Of a DNA stretch of 32,000 bases, positions 1 through 9,701 are shown piece by piece. The translations under genes were made by a program, and so were the position numbers. The stretch spans positions 65,724 through 97,723 of the forward strand of contig CAWGCI010000011.1 of assembly GCA_963820985.1 (NCBI GenBank), in the 5' to 3' direction. The DNA is from an uncultured Actinomycetota bacterium (GTDB taxonomy: Bacteria > Actinomycetota > Actinomycetes > Mycobacteriales > Mycobacteriaceae). Every line of letters begins with the position of its first letter. Position 1 is the first letter of the stretch. The notes under the pieces were generated by a model. It searched no databases and was not told the DNA's origin. It saw only the letters and a list, made by a program, of their open reading frames with translations.

Positions 1-1245
1 GCGGCGGCATTCCACGACGACTTCGCTCGGGCGCTGGCGGCGGCGGGCAACACCTACGCGCAAGCCGAGTCCAACGCCGCGGCGTTCCTCACCGGCGGGA
101 CATCCAGCGCGGTCAACACTCTAAGTACGTCCACGGTGACCGGGTTCGCGAACCCCTCGGCGCAGCAAGTGGTGGCGTTGATCATGGGCGGCACCTGGAA
201 CCCGTACCCCGATCCCGTCTACCTGAACAATGTCAACCTCTCGTACATCCTGCCGCACTTCCCCGGGGCCATTCCCCTGGACCAATTGACACCCGAGCAG
301 TTCTGGCCGGTTGCCGGCAACGAGACGTTCGGCACGTCCGTCGCCCAGGGCGTCAGCCTGCTGGACGCCGGGATCAAAGCCCAACTCGCCCTTAACAACA
401 AGGTCGTCGTCTTCGGCTACTCGCAGAGCGCCACGATCGCCACCGATGAAATCCGCCATCTGATCGCAGCGGGCTCGCCCAACACAGGCGACCTGTCCTT
501 CGTGCTGGCCGCCGATCCCAACAACCCCGACGGCGGGCTCCTGGAGCGCTTCACCGGCTTTGACATCCCATTCCTGAATGTGCATTTCAACGGGGCGACT
601 CCGCCGAATTCTCCCTACCCGACCAGCATCTACACGATCCAATACGACGGCATCGCCGACGCGCCCCAGTACCCGCTCAACGTCGTGTCCGACCTCAACG
701 CCTTCCTTGGCTACTTCGTGTTGCACAGCAACTACCCGTTCCTGACGCCCGATCAGGTTGCCGGCGCTGTGCAGCTGGCGACCTCTCCCGGCTACACCGG
801 CAACACCACGTACTACATGGTGATGACGCAGAACCTGCCGCTGATCCAGTTCATCCGCGACATCCCCTATGCGGGTCCCCCGATAGCGGACATCTTCCAG
901 CCCGACCTGCGGGTGCTCGTCGACTTGGGCTACGGCGATATCGGGCCCGGCGGCGGTTATGCCAACCTTCCGACCCCCGCCTCGCTGTTGTCGGTCCCCA
1001 ACGTGCCCGTCGTGGTCACCGACTTGGCCAAGGGGGCCGTGCAGGGCCCGTGGTCGGCAGTGGTGGACATTGTGGTCGAGTCGGGATACACGCCGGCCAC
1101 GGCGTGGTATCCGGACGCCTACCCCTACCTGCCGTCGACGGATCCGCACCTACACATTTATTTGGGCCAGCCCAGTACGACCGGGCTGTCCAGGTTGTGC
1201 AGCGGCCTCGGCGACATCCTGGACAAGATTCCGGTGTTCTCCTGA
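1..1245 (+). CDS. PE family protein with C-terminal PE-PPE (alpha/beta-hydrolase-like) domain; 5' end outside window
   Basis: Frame 1 is open from base 1; the ORF-track Met at 136 is internal. Codons 1-30 read AAAFHDDFARALAAAGNTYAQAESNAAAF, the last helix of a PE domain. Downstream motifs VALIMGGTWNPYPD, VVFGYSQSATIA (GxSxS nucleophile-elbow-like), DPNNPDGGLLERF, YTIQYDGIADAPQYP, TSPGYTGNTTYYM and PDLRVLVDLGYG match the PE-PPE domain (PF08237 type). Paralogous to 7858..9579 and 9702..11348. Stop TGA 1243-1245. Confidence 0.85.
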   Translation, partial: AAAFHDDFARALAAAGNTYAQAESNAAAFLTGGTSSAVNTLSTSTVTGFANPSAQQVVALIMGGTWNPYPDPVYLNNVNLSYILPHFPGAIPLDQLTPEQFWPVAGNETFGTSVAQGVSLLDAGIKAQLALNNKVVVFGYSQSATIATDEIRHLIAAGSPNTGDLSFVLAADPNNPDGGLLERFTGFDIPFLNVHFNGATPPNSPYPTSIYTIQYDGIADAPQYPLNVVSDLNAFLGYFVLHSNYPFLTPDQVAGAVQLATSPGYTGNTTYYMVMTQNLPLIQFIRDIPYAGPPIADIFQPDLRVLVDLGYGDIGPGGGYANLPTPASLLSVPNVPVVVTDLAKGAVQGPWSAVVDIVVESGYTPATAWYPDAYPYLPSTDPHLHIYLGQPSTTGLSRLCSGLGDILDKIPVFS

Positions 1246-1249
1246 GCCC

Positions 1250-1873
1250 CTAACGCCCGAGTGGGGAGTTCTCGCGGATGGACTCGTCGCGGATCAGGCC
1301 CCGCAGGAGCGCGGTGCTGAATTCGGCGGCGATTTCCTTGGCCGTGCGCCGCCCGCTGGGCCGCAGCCATCGGTAGCTGCCCAGCGTCATCCCGATATAG
1401 CCCAGCGCCAAGACATGCGAGTCGCACTGATAGAACTCTCCGCTCGCGATTCCACGGTCGATGAGGCCGTGCACGTGGTGGTAGACCTGAGCTTCTTTCT
1501 CGCGGACCTCGGCGACCTGCTCGGCGGTGAACCACTCGGTGATGTAGGGCTGCTCCTGGAAATACACGGCGGCCCGCTCCGGGTCGCCCGCGATCCCGGT
1601 GAGTAGCCGGACCGTGTACTGGTAGAGCGCTTCGCGGGCCGTCCAGGACGGATCGTCGTGGACGGCGGCCAGCGTGCCTTCGGCGGCTTGGCGGTAGATG
1701 TCGAACAGGATCAGCGACTTGCTTGCGTAGTAGTGATACACCGTCGCCTTGTTCAGCCCGATCACGTCGGCGACGTCGTCCATCCGGGTGCCGTGATAGC
1801 CGCGCGCGGCGAACAGCTTGGTGGCAACGGCCAATAACTCCTCACGGCGCGAAAGCCCGTTCTCGGATGGCAT
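1250..1873 (-). CDS. TetR family transcriptional regulator
   Basis: 207-aa ORF. N-terminal HTH RREELLAVATKLFAARGYHGTRMDDVADVIGLNKATVYHYYASK is a typical TetR_N domain. Convergent with the PE gene, with 4 nt between the stops. Positionally equivalent to Rv0158 by remembered synteny. Confidence 0.9.
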   Translation of the reverse strand: MPSENGLSRREELLAVATKLFAARGYHGTRMDDVADVIGLNKATVYHYYASKSLILFDIYRQAAEGTLAAVHDDPSWTAREALYQYTVRLLTGIAGDPERAAVYFQEQPYITEWFTAEQVAEVREKEAQVYHHVHGLIDRGIASGEFYQCDSHVLALGYIGMTLGSYRWLRPSGRRTAKEIAAEFSTALLRGLIRDESIRENSPLGR

Positions 1874-2024
1874 CTTTTTGTTCTTACTACTCTCTGTCGT
1901 GGCTCAGATGGTGCAGCAATTATCAATCAACTGGTTGGACAGTCTAAGCACGGCCCCTGCCGCGAAGATGCGGATGGGACTAGACTCCCTGACTGAACTG
2001 GTCGCGAGTCGAGAGGTGGGGCGA

Positions 2025-2150
2025 ATGGATCCGAGTCCGGATTACGACGTGAGCGACGAGTTTGAGTACTTCTTCCGATACCTCACCTGGGGGTTGCGCG
2101 GGGTGGAGAACGGGCAGGGATATCCGCCGCCCGCCTACCCGCCGGTTTAA
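2025..2150 (+). CDS. Small hypothetical protein (41 aa), weakly supported
   Basis: ATG 2025 is preceded by purine-rich GAGAGGTGGGG. It encodes MDPSPDYDVSDEFEYFFRYLTWGLRGVENGQGYPPPAYPPV with stop TAA 2148-2150. It lies in the 283-nt gap between the tetR start (1873) and the pntB stop (2157). No family recognised. I recall a small ORF annotated in the equivalent H37Rv gap, but cannot verify this. Confidence 0.3.
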   Translation: MDPSPDYDVSDEFEYFFRYLTWGLRGVENGQGYPPPAYPPV

Positions 2151-2156
2151 TCGGTC

Positions 2157-3583
2157 CTAAAGCGCCTTAAGTTCCTCGGCGACCTCGGTCACCGACTTCT
2201 TGGCGTCGCCGAACAACATGGTGGTGCCGTCGGCATAGAACAGCGGGTTATCGATGCCGGCGAACCCGGAGTTCATCGACCGCTTGAGCACGATCACCGA
2301 CTTGGCCTTGTCCACGTTGAGGATTGGCATCCCGTAGATCGGGCTGGACGTCTCGTTGCGCGCCGCCGGGTTGGTGACGTCGTTGGCGCCGATGACGATC
2401 GCGACGTCGGTGCGGGCGAACTCGTCGTTGATGTCGTCCATGTCTTTCATGGCGTCGTAGTCGACTTCGGCCTCGGCCAGCAGCACGTTCATATGCCCGG
2501 GCATCCGGCCGGCGACCGGATGGATCGCGTATTTCACCGCCACACCCTTGCCCTCCAGCAGGTTGGCCATGACCTTGACGGCGTGCTGGGCCTGCGCGAC
2601 GGCCAGGCCGTAGCCCGGGACCACGATCACCTGGTTGGCGTAGGCCATCTGAATCGCGGCGTCGGCTGCCGAGGTGGCCTTGACGTGCTTGTCGCCGCCG
2701 CCGTCGCCGCTGGGGGCCACGCCGCCACCGCCGAAGCCGCCCGCGACGATCGCCGGAATGGAGCGGTTCATCGCCTTGGCCATCAGGTTGGTCAGGATTG
2801 AACCGGAGGCACCGACGATCATGCCGGCCACGATCATCGCGGTGTTGTTCAGCGCCAGGCCCGCCGCCGCGGCCGACAGCCCGGTCATCGCGTTCAGCAG
2901 GGAGATGACCACCGGCATGTCGGCGCCGCCGATCGGCAGCACCACCATCAGGCCCAGCACGCCGGCGGCGACGAGCATACCGATCATCCACCACAGCGAC
3001 ACCCCGCCGCTGCCGGGATGCGCGCCTAGGCCGATGACGATCGCGGCGGTCGATCGCGGCGGCCAGCAGCAGCAGGTTGATCGGCTGCTGCGGCCTTGCC
3101 GAGGCCGATCGGCGATCCGGAGATGATCTCCTGCAACTTGCCGAAGGCGATGATCGATCCCCAGAACGAGATCGACCCGATGATCGCGGCGAACAACGAC
3201 GCCACCACGATGTGCACGGTCGGCGATTCGCCGTGCTGGAAGGCGGAAAAGCCGCTGGTATCGATGAACTCCGCGAGCGCGATGAGTGCGACGGTTCCGC
3301 CGCCGACGCCGTTGAAGAACGCCACCAGCTGGGGCATGGCCGTCATCTTGGTCAGCCGGGCCGGAGGCACGCCGAGCACGACTCCGACCACCAGGCCGGC
3401 GATGATCAGCACCCACTGGTCGGTGTGCCGGATCTTGATCAGTGTCGCCGTCACGGCGAGGGCCATACCCACCGCGGCAATCAGGTTCCCACGCACCGCG
3501 GTCTTGGGCCCGGTCAGGCCCATCAAGCCATAGATGAAAAGCGCAAACGAGATGACGTAGAGGCAGATCACCAAGTAGTTCAT
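2157..3583 (-). pseudogene. pntB: NAD(P) transhydrogenase subunit beta (PntB), reading frame interrupted twice as written
   Basis: From ATG 3583 the N-terminal ~160 aa (MNYLVICLYVISFALFIYGLMGLTGPKTAVRGN...GKLQEIISGSPIGLGKA) read in one frame that ends at TAG 3026-3028. QQPINLLLLAAAI reads only in the +1 frame (about 3090-3052). TAAIVIGLGAHPG...LPIGGADMPVVISLLNAMTGLSAAAAG...NRSIPAIVAGGFGG...VVPGYGLAVAQAQH...HPVAGRMPGHMNVLLAEA... down to the stop at 2157 reads in the +2 frame. All PntB hallmarks are present. The span is 1427 nt, which is not a multiple of 3. The ATG overlaps the pntAb stop (ATGA at 3580-3583). Confidence 0.85.
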
Positions 3584-3906
3584 TTGGCGGCCGACTCCTC
3601 GGTCTTAACAGGCAGCTTCTTCTTGCCCTTGAACATGCCCAGCATCCGGTCGGTGACGATGAAGCCACCGATCACGTTCAGCGTGCCGAACACCACTGCG
3701 ACAAACAGGATGATCTGCACGGCCAGCGACGGGTGCTCCACGCTTCCGAACACCACCAACGCGCCGAGCACCACGATGCCGTGGATCGCGTTGGTCCCCG
3801 ACATCAGCGGCGTGTGCAGCGTATTGGGCACCTTGGAGATCACCGCGAACCCGACGAATCCGGACAGCACCAGGATCGCCAGGTTGGCTAATAGCTCGTC
3901 GTACAT
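3580..3906 (-). CDS. pntAb: NAD(P) transhydrogenase subunit alpha part 2 (membrane domain)
   Basis: 108 aa, almost entirely hydrophobic helices (MYDELLANLAILVLSGFVGFAVISKVPNTLHTPLMSGTNAIHGIVVLGALV...FIVTDRMLGMFKGK), typical of PntA part 2. ATG 3904-3906 directly abuts the pntAa stop TAG 3907-3909. Confidence 0.9.
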   Translation of the reverse strand: MYDELLANLAILVLSGFVGFAVISKVPNTLHTPLMSGTNAIHGIVVLGALVVFGSVEHPSLAVQIILFVAVVFGTLNVIGGFIVTDRMLGMFKGKKKLPVKTEESAAK

Positions 3907-5022
3907 CTAGCTGTCCTCTCCGTCGCGGGTCACGCATGACTCCGCGATGACTTCGTCGTCAAAGTCCGGGGCCAGCTTGCCGTCCTTGATCAACAGCTCC
4001 AGCAGCGCGGTGATGTTCTTGCTGTAGAGCTCGCTGGCGTGCTCGGGCATGGTCGCGGGCAGGTTCAGCGGCGAGGCGATGGTGACGTCGTGCTTGACCA
4101 CCGTCTGGCCCGGTTCGGTGAGCTCGCAGTTGCCACCGGCCTCCCCGGCGAGGTCGATCACCACGCTGCCGGGCTTCATCGCTTCTACCGCCGCGGCGGT
4201 CACCAGCCGCGGGGCGGGCCGGCCCGGCACCAACGCCGTGGTGATCACCACGTCGAAACCGCTGATCGCGTCTTCCAGCGCTTTCTGCTGCTGGGCACGT
4301 TCTTCGTCGGTGAGCTCGCGGGCGTACCCGCCCGAACCGGCGGCTGAGATTTTTTGCAAGACCCCGACGTCCAGCCACTGCGCCCCCACCGAACGCACCT
4401 GGTCGGCCACCTCGGGACGCACGTCGTAGCCGGTGGTGCGCGCACCCAGCCGTTTGGCCGTCGCCAGCGCCTGCAACCCGGCCACGCCGACGCCGAGCAC
4501 CAGCACGGTGGCCGGCTTCACCGTTCCGGCGGCCGTCGTCAGCATCGGGAAAAAGCGGGTCGACTCCGAGGCGGCGAGCAGGACGGCCTTGTACCCGGAC
4601 ACGTTGGCCTGCGACGACAACGCGTCCATCGCCTGCGCGCGCGAGATGCGCGGGATCGCTTCGAGCGCGAACGCCTGCACACCGGCTTGCTTCAGCGCCC
4701 CGATCGAGTTGTCGGCGTTGCGGGGAGCCAGAAAGCCGATCAGCGTCTGGCCGCTGTGCAGCCGGCCGACCTCGTCAGCGGTCGGCGGCGCCACCTTGAC
4801 GACGATGTCGGCAGACCACGCATCCCCGACGGTGGCGCCGGCCCCGGTGTACAGGTCGTCGGGCAGCAGCGCCCCCTCACCCGCGCCGGCCTCGACCACG
4901 ACGGCCACACCGCTGTTGACCAGCGACGCGACCGCCTTGGGTACCAGCGCAACGCGCCGCTCGTCGGCTCCGGATTCGGCGACCACCCCGACCTTGACCG
5001 GCACCGTCTGCGGCTCTGTCAT
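3907..5022 (-). CDS. pntAa: NAD(P) transhydrogenase subunit alpha part 1 (alanine-dehydrogenase/PNT domains)
   Basis: Chosen start is ATG 5020-5022 (MTEPQTVPVKVGVVAESGADERRVALVPK...), preceded by GGAAG; 371 aa. Contains the Rossmann motif VLVLGVGVAGLQALATAKRLGA. The ORF-track start at 5259 adds 79 Arg/Pro-rich residues with no homology and is not used. Confidence 0.9.
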   Translation of the reverse strand: MTEPQTVPVKVGVVAESGADERRVALVPKAVASLVNSGVAVVVEAGAGEGALLPDDLYTGAGATVGDAWSADIVVKVAPPTADEVGRLHSGQTLIGFLAPRNADNSIGALKQAGVQAFALEAIPRISRAQAMDALSSQANVSGYKAVLLAASESTRFFPMLTTAAGTVKPATVLVLGVGVAGLQALATAKRLGARTTGYDVRPEVADQVRSVGAQWLDVGVLQKISAAGSGGYARELTDEERAQQQKALEDAISGFDVVITTALVPGRPAPRLVTAAAVEAMKPGSVVIDLAGEAGGNCELTEPGQTVVKHDVTIASPLNLPATMPEHASELYSKNITALLELLIKDGKLAPDFDDEVIAESCVTRDGEDS

Positions 5023-5096
5023 GGCGTAAACTTCCACTTTCCTTAGTTGCGCTACCTGCCCGAATACCTCCGTCGAGTTGAACACCCTATCGGCAG

Positions 5097-5567
5097 CTAC
5101 CAGAGCGGGATCTCTTGGCCGTGTTCTGATGCCGGGCGGGGCCCGAAGTAGCGTCGCTCGGATTCGGTGATCGGTACGTCGTTGATGCTGGCTTCGCGGC
5201 GAGCCATCAAACCCGACGGCGAGAATTCCCATAGTTCGTTGCCGTAGCTGCGGTACCACTGACCGTCCGGGTCATGGCACTCGTATTGGAAGCGCACCGC
5301 GATGCGGTTGCCGTCGAAGCTCCACAGACTCTTTCGCAGCGAATAGTCGAGCTCGCGCTGCCACTTGCGGGTCAGAAAGGCAACGATCTCTTCGCGGCCG
5401 ACGATGTGTTCGCTGCGGTTTCGCCAGTGCGAGTCGACCGTGTAGGCGCGGCTGACGCGCTCGGGATCACAGCTGTTCCAGGCATCCTCTGCGGCCTGAA
5501 CCTTCTGCAGCGCGGTTTCGAGGGTGAACGGCGGGAACGGCGGCAGGGACTCGGTCATGCCCTCCAT
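5097..5567 (-). CDS. DUF1348-family (NTF2-like fold) protein
   Basis: Only the last 156 codons of the 450-aa ORF look like protein: [140 protein letters not shown]. This matches my memory of the DUF1348 consensus (W.N.....G...I..FL..KW..E.DY.L.K.LW.F..N.IAV.F.YE..D..GQW.RSYGNE.WEF). Start is ATG 5567 or ATG 5558; GGGAG lies just upstream. Confidence 0.7.
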   Translation of the reverse strand: MEGMTESLPPFPPFTLETALQKVQAAEDAWNSCDPERVSRAYTVDSHWRNRSEHIVGREEIVAFLTRKWQRELDYSLRKSLWSFDGNRIAVRFQYECHDPDGQWYRSYGNELWEFSPSGLMARREASINDVPITESERRYFGPRPASEHGQEIPLW

Positions 5568-5615
5568 CTTCTCCCGCGGGCGCCGCCCGCTTGCACGTGT
5601 CCTATCGTGGCGGAC

Positions 5616-6848
5616 ATGGACTTTGCGATGTCGCCCAAGGCCATCGACTACCACAAGCGGTTGTCCGACTTCATGACGGAGTACGTCTTCCCGGCCGAGG
5701 CCGACTACGACAAATACCGCCACGAAGCCGGCCCGCACGACCACACCGTCCCGCCGATCATCGAGGAGCTGAAAACCAAGGCCAAGGCGGCCGGGCTGTG
5801 GAACCTGTTCCTGCCGGCCGAGTCGGGCCTGACCAACCTCGAATACGCACCACTGGCCGAGCTCACCGGCTGGAGCCTGGAGATCGCGCCGGAGGCGCTC
5901 AATTGCGCCGCACCCGATACCGGCAACATGGAAACCCTGCACCTGTTCGCCACCGAGGAACAGCGCAAGCAGTGGCTCGAGCCGCTGTTGGCCGGCGAGA
6001 TCCGCAGCGCGTTCTCGATGACCGAGCCGGCGGTGGCCAGCAGCGACGCGCGCAACATCGAGACCTCGATCGCGCGCGACGGCGCCGACTACGTGATCAA
6101 CGGCCGCAAGTGGTGGACCTCCGGGGCGTCCGACCCGCGCTGCAAGATCCTCATCGTGATGGGCCGCACGAACCCCGACGCGGCCAGCCACCAACAGCAG
6201 TCGATGGTTCTGGTGCCGATCGATACCCCGGGAGTGAACGTCGTCCGCTCGACAACGGTCTTCGGTTACCAAGACCAGCCCGGGCATTGCGAGATCATCT
6301 ACGACAACGTGCGCGTGCCGGTCACCAACCTGCTCGGCGAAGAGGGCGGCGGCTTCGCGATCGCGCAGGCCCGGCTGGGGCCGGGTCGCATCCACCACTG
6401 CATGCGCGCGCTCGGCGGAGCCGAACGCGCGCTGGCGCTGATGGTGCACCGCGCGAACAACCGGGTGGCGTTCGGCCGGCCGCTGGCCGAGCAGGGCGTG
6501 GTGCGAGAGTCAATTGCCAAGTCGCGCAACGAAATCGACCAGGCCAGGCTGCTGTGCGAGAAAGCGGCGTGGACGATCGACAAGCACGGCAACAAGGCCG
6601 CGCACCTACTGGTCTCGCAGATCAAGGCGGTGGCACCGCAGGTGGCCTGCGACGTGATCGACCGCGCCATCCAGGTACACGGGGCGGCCGGCGTCAGCGA
6701 CGACACGACGCTGGCCCGCCAGTACGCCTGGCATCGAGCGATGCGTATCTTCGACGGACCCGATGAGGTACACATGCGAACGGTCGCGCGCTACGAGGTC
6801 GGCCGCGAGCAGTCCGCACTCGCAGCGGCGGTCACCGCACATGGCTGA
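5616..6848 (+). CDS. fadE2: Acyl-CoA dehydrogenase (FadE2-like)
   Basis: ATG 5616 ([16 protein letters not shown]...; alternative ATG 5628), 410 aa. ACAD blocks [47 protein letters not shown] and FDGPDEVH. Divergent from 5097..5567 with a 48-nt spacer. The symbol is given by remembered synteny with pntAa and ptpB. Confidence 0.88.
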   Translation: MDFAMSPKAIDYHKRLSDFMTEYVFPAEADYDKYRHEAGPHDHTVPPIIEELKTKAKAAGLWNLFLPAESGLTNLEYAPLAELTGWSLEIAPEALNCAAPDTGNMETLHLFATEEQRKQWLEPLLAGEIRSAFSMTEPAVASSDARNIETSIARDGADYVINGRKWWTSGASDPRCKILIVMGRTNPDAASHQQQSMVLVPIDTPGVNVVRSTTVFGYQDQPGHCEIIYDNVRVPVTNLLGEEGGGFAIAQARLGPGRIHHCMRALGGAERALALMVHRANNRVAFGRPLAEQGVVRESIAKSRNEIDQARLLCEKAAWTIDKHGNKAAHLLVSQIKAVAPQVACDVIDRAIQVHGAAGVSDDTTLARQYAWHRAMRIFDGPDEVHMRTVARYEVGREQSALAAAVTAHG

Positions 6849-7677
6849 GGTCGGCGTCCGGGAATTACCGGGCGCGTGGAACTTTCGTGATGTTGCCGAC
6901 GTCACCGCGGGACTGCGGCCGGGCCGGTTGTTCCGGTCGGGCGAGCTGAGTCGCCTCGACGACGACGGCCGGGCGACACTGCTGCAGCTGGGGATCACCG
7001 ACGTCGTCGATCTGCGCGCTGCCCGGGAGGTCGCCCGGCGCGGTCCGGGCCGGGTTCCCGACGGCATCGAGGTCCACCTGTTGCCGCTCCCCGATCTCGG
7101 CGACGACGAGCCGACCGACGCCGAAGCGCCGCACGAATCCGCGTTTCGCAAGTTGTTCGAAGGCGAGGCGGGCGAACCAGACGTTTCCGGCGAATCTCCC
7201 GCCGAGGCCGCCGGCCGTTACATGATCGACGAATATCGCCAATTCCCAACTCGCAACGGCGCGCAACGCGCACTGCGCCGCGTCTTCACACTGTTGGGCG
7301 CGGGGCGCCCGGTGCTCACACATTGCTTCGCGGGGAAGGACCGCACCGGCTTCGTGATCGCGACGGTGCTGGAAACGATCGGCGTCGACCGCGACGTCAT
7401 CATTGCCGACTACTTGCGCAGCAATGACTCCGTAGCGCAGCTGCGGGAGCGGATCACCGAGACGCTCCGGCAACGCTCGGACGCCGAACTGACCCCGGAG
7501 ATAATCAAGTTCACCGAGGCCCGCCTGTCCGACGAGGTCCTCGGGGTCCGCCCGGAGTACCTGGACGCGGCGCGCCGGGCGATCGACGAGGCCCACGGGT
7601 CACTGAACGGCTACCTGCGCGACTCCGGCATCACCGCGGCCGACATCGACCAAGTGCACAGCGCGCTGCTCGCCTGA
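6841..7677 (+). CDS. ptpB: Protein-tyrosine/phosphoinositide phosphatase PtpB-like
   Basis: ATG 6841 overlaps the fadE2 stop by 8 nt (ATGGCTGA). 278 aa, [20 protein letters not shown]...RYMIDEYRQFPTRNGAQRAL..., with active-site P-loop HCFAGKDRTG (CX5R). Nearly colinear with M. tuberculosis PtpB as I remember it. Confidence 0.9.
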   Translation: MAEVGVRELPGAWNFRDVADVTAGLRPGRLFRSGELSRLDDDGRATLLQLGITDVVDLRAAREVARRGPGRVPDGIEVHLLPLPDLGDDEPTDAEAPHESAFRKLFEGEAGEPDVSGESPAEAAGRYMIDEYRQFPTRNGAQRALRRVFTLLGAGRPVLTHCFAGKDRTGFVIATVLETIGVDRDVIIADYLRSNDSVAQLRERITETLRQRSDAELTPEIIKFTEARLSDEVLGVRPEYLDAARRAIDEAHGSLNGYLRDSGITAADIDQVHSALLA

Positions 7678-7857
7678 ACCACCGAATACGTTGAGCAGCA
7701 ACACTTTAGCGCTGCCGACTCTGGTTGGTCACTGATTCGCCAGCAGACTGGAATTCGGTGGCATAGCGTGGTTGCCGAAATCGCGGGACAGGCGTGCAAG
7801 AGGGTTTTAGGCTAGTCATCGGCCGCGCAGCCCGATTCGCTCGAAGGGATGGAGTCG

Positions 7858-9579
7858 ATGACCTACGTTCTTACCGAGCCGCAAACCCTCGCGTCGCTCG
7901 CCACGAACATCGAAGAACTTGGGTCGACAATCACCGCTGCCAACGCCGCAGCGGCGAGCCCGATCTCCGGTCTGGCGCCGGCGGCCGCCGACGAGGTGTC
8001 GGAGGCCACCGCGAAACTCTTCGGCGCATATGGTCGCGACTATCAGGCTGTCGCCACACGAGCTGCGGCGTTTCACACCAAGTTCACCGATGCGCTGGCC
8101 GCAGCGGGGAGCGCCTACGAGGCAGCCGAGGCGGACGCCCAAGCGCTGCTCGACGGCACCAGTGCGGCGCAAACCGCTAACTCGCTGATGTCGGCAATGA
8201 ATTCGCCCTTGACCGGAAATATCGTCGCTGTGATCATGGGCGGCAGCGGCAACCCAATACCGAATAGTGACTACGTGAAGGGCGTTCTCAGGTGGGCCGC
8301 CCTCAATTACACCTGGAACACCACGGACACCATTTTCACACCTGAAGGCTTGTACCCGCTTACCGGTACCAAGAGCCTGCCCCTCGACACCTCGGTGAGC
8401 CAAGGCGTCCAAATTCTCGACGCCACGATCAAACAGCAAATCGCTGGCGGAAACAGCGTTCTGGTTCAGGGGTACTCGCAAAGCACCATCATCGCTTCGC
8501 TGGAAATGCAAAACCTGATGAACCCCCAACTCAACCCGAACCCGCCGTCGACAAATCAACTCGCCTTCAACCTGTTGGCGGATCTTATGGCTCCCAACGG
8601 CGGCCTGCTCGCACGCTTTCCCGGCCTGACTCTGCCGAGCCTGGGTATCGACTTCTACGGCGCGACACCCGCGAATACCCCGTATACGACCAACATTTAC
8701 ACGATCCAATACGACGGCTTCGCCGACTTCCCGCGGTACCCAATCGACATTTTCTCGGACCTCAACGCGGTCGCAGGCATCGTCGAAGTGCACCCCTTGT
8801 ACCCGAACCTCATGAAGTTCGATCTGTCGACGGCCACGATAATTCAGTTGCCGGTCGAGCCGACCTACACCGGCAACACCACCTACTACATGGTTATCCC
8901 TCAGAATCAGATTCTGCCTTTGTTGGCTCCCCTGCATGCCATTCCGGTCATCGGTAAACCACTAACAGATCTGCTGCAGCCGGACTTGACGGTCCTCGTC
9001 AATTTGGGGTACGGCGACCCGAACTACGGCTATTCAACCGCACCGGCGAATGTGCCCACGCCGTTTGGGCTGTTCCCGCACGTTAGCCCCGGCGTTATCG
9101 CCGCCGATCTGGTCCGCGGGACTCATCAGGGAGTCAGTGCCGCGTCAAGCGACGTCAGGGCTGAGGTGTCTGGCGTGTCACTCTCGAACCTCCCGCATTC
9201 GCAGCCGTCGATTTCAGTGCCGTCGCACCTCACCTTGACCCCGGAGTCGATCGACGGCTTTATCAATTCCCTGCAGACGGCGGACACTAACCTCGCTAAT
9301 GCCTTCTCGGCGGCGCTTTCAACGGGTTACTCCGCGCTGCTCCCGACTGCAGACATCATCAACGCCGCCCTAATCTCGATCCCGGCCTATGACTTGAACC
9401 TCTTCTTGGACGGGGTCGCGCAGGCGCTCGGCGGTGACCCCATTGGGCTAATCAATGCGATCGGCTATCCGCTCGCCGCCACCGTGGGGCTGCTCACGGT
9501 GGCAGGCGGTGTCGAAGCGTTAGTCCTGTTGGGCGCGGTCGGATCGATTATCAATGACTTCAAGGACCTAATTCCTTAA
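7858..9579 (+). CDS. PE family protein with PE-PPE hydrolase-like domain and hydrophobic C-terminal tail (array copy 1)
   Basis: Start taken at ATG 7858 (MTYVLTEPQTLASLATNIEELGSTITAANAAAA...), the canonical PE N-terminus; the ORF-track ATG 7849 adds MES. PE domain of about 95 aa, followed by IMGGSGNPIPN, LVQGYSQSTIIASLEM, MAPNGGLLARFPG, YTIQYDGFADFPRYP, PTYTGNTTYYM and PDLTVLVNLGYGDPNYGYS. The C-terminus is LLPTADIINAALISIPAYDLNLFLDG...AIGYPLAATVGLLTVAGGVEALVLLGAVGSIINDFKDLIP. Confidence 0.88.
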   Translation: MTYVLTEPQTLASLATNIEELGSTITAANAAAASPISGLAPAAADEVSEATAKLFGAYGRDYQAVATRAAAFHTKFTDALAAAGSAYEAAEADAQALLDGTSAAQTANSLMSAMNSPLTGNIVAVIMGGSGNPIPNSDYVKGVLRWAALNYTWNTTDTIFTPEGLYPLTGTKSLPLDTSVSQGVQILDATIKQQIAGGNSVLVQGYSQSTIIASLEMQNLMNPQLNPNPPSTNQLAFNLLADLMAPNGGLLARFPGLTLPSLGIDFYGATPANTPYTTNIYTIQYDGFADFPRYPIDIFSDLNAVAGIVEVHPLYPNLMKFDLSTATIIQLPVEPTYTGNTTYYMVIPQNQILPLLAPLHAIPVIGKPLTDLLQPDLTVLVNLGYGDPNYGYSTAPANVPTPFGLFPHVSPGVIAADLVRGTHQGVSAASSDVRAEVSGVSLSNLPHSQPSISVPSHLTLTPESIDGFINSLQTADTNLANAFSAALSTGYSALLPTADIINAALISIPAYDLNLFLDGVAQALGGDPIGLINAIGYPLAATVGLLTVAGGVEALVLLGAVGSIINDFKDLIP

Positions 9580-9701
9580 CGGCTTCGCACAACTGACCAG
9601 CTCTTCGCCGGCGACCGTCGAAACGCGGTTGCGAAACGTCCTACAGGTTGGTTAGTCGGCTCTACGCTGATGAGCACCATCGCCCATAGGAGGATGAGCC
9701 G

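Noticed and set aside
121-1149. Long antisense ORFs opposite the PE genes (121..1149, 7816..8937, 10266..10955)
   Set aside because: No recognisable domains and Arg/Val/Gly/Asp-biased composition. They are fully contained within strongly supported PE-PPE coding regions on the other strand.
2157-5259. ORF-track N-terminal extensions of pntB (to 3668) and pntAa (to 5259)
   Set aside because: The first ~200 codons of the 503-aa pntB ORF are out-of-frame Arg/Pro-rich sequence overlapping the true N-terminal frame and pntAb. The 79-codon pntAa extension has no homology and would overlap the DUF1348 gene. Internal ATGs with SD-like sequences fit the family N-termini.
5568-6449. N-terminal 294 codons of the 450-aa minus-strand ORF 5097..6449
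   Set aside because: Arg/Gly/Asp/His-rich, with no family resemblance. It lies exactly antisense to the well-supported fadE2 CDS, which is typical shadow-ORF behaviour in high-GC DNA. Only the last 156 codons (DUF1348) are kept.
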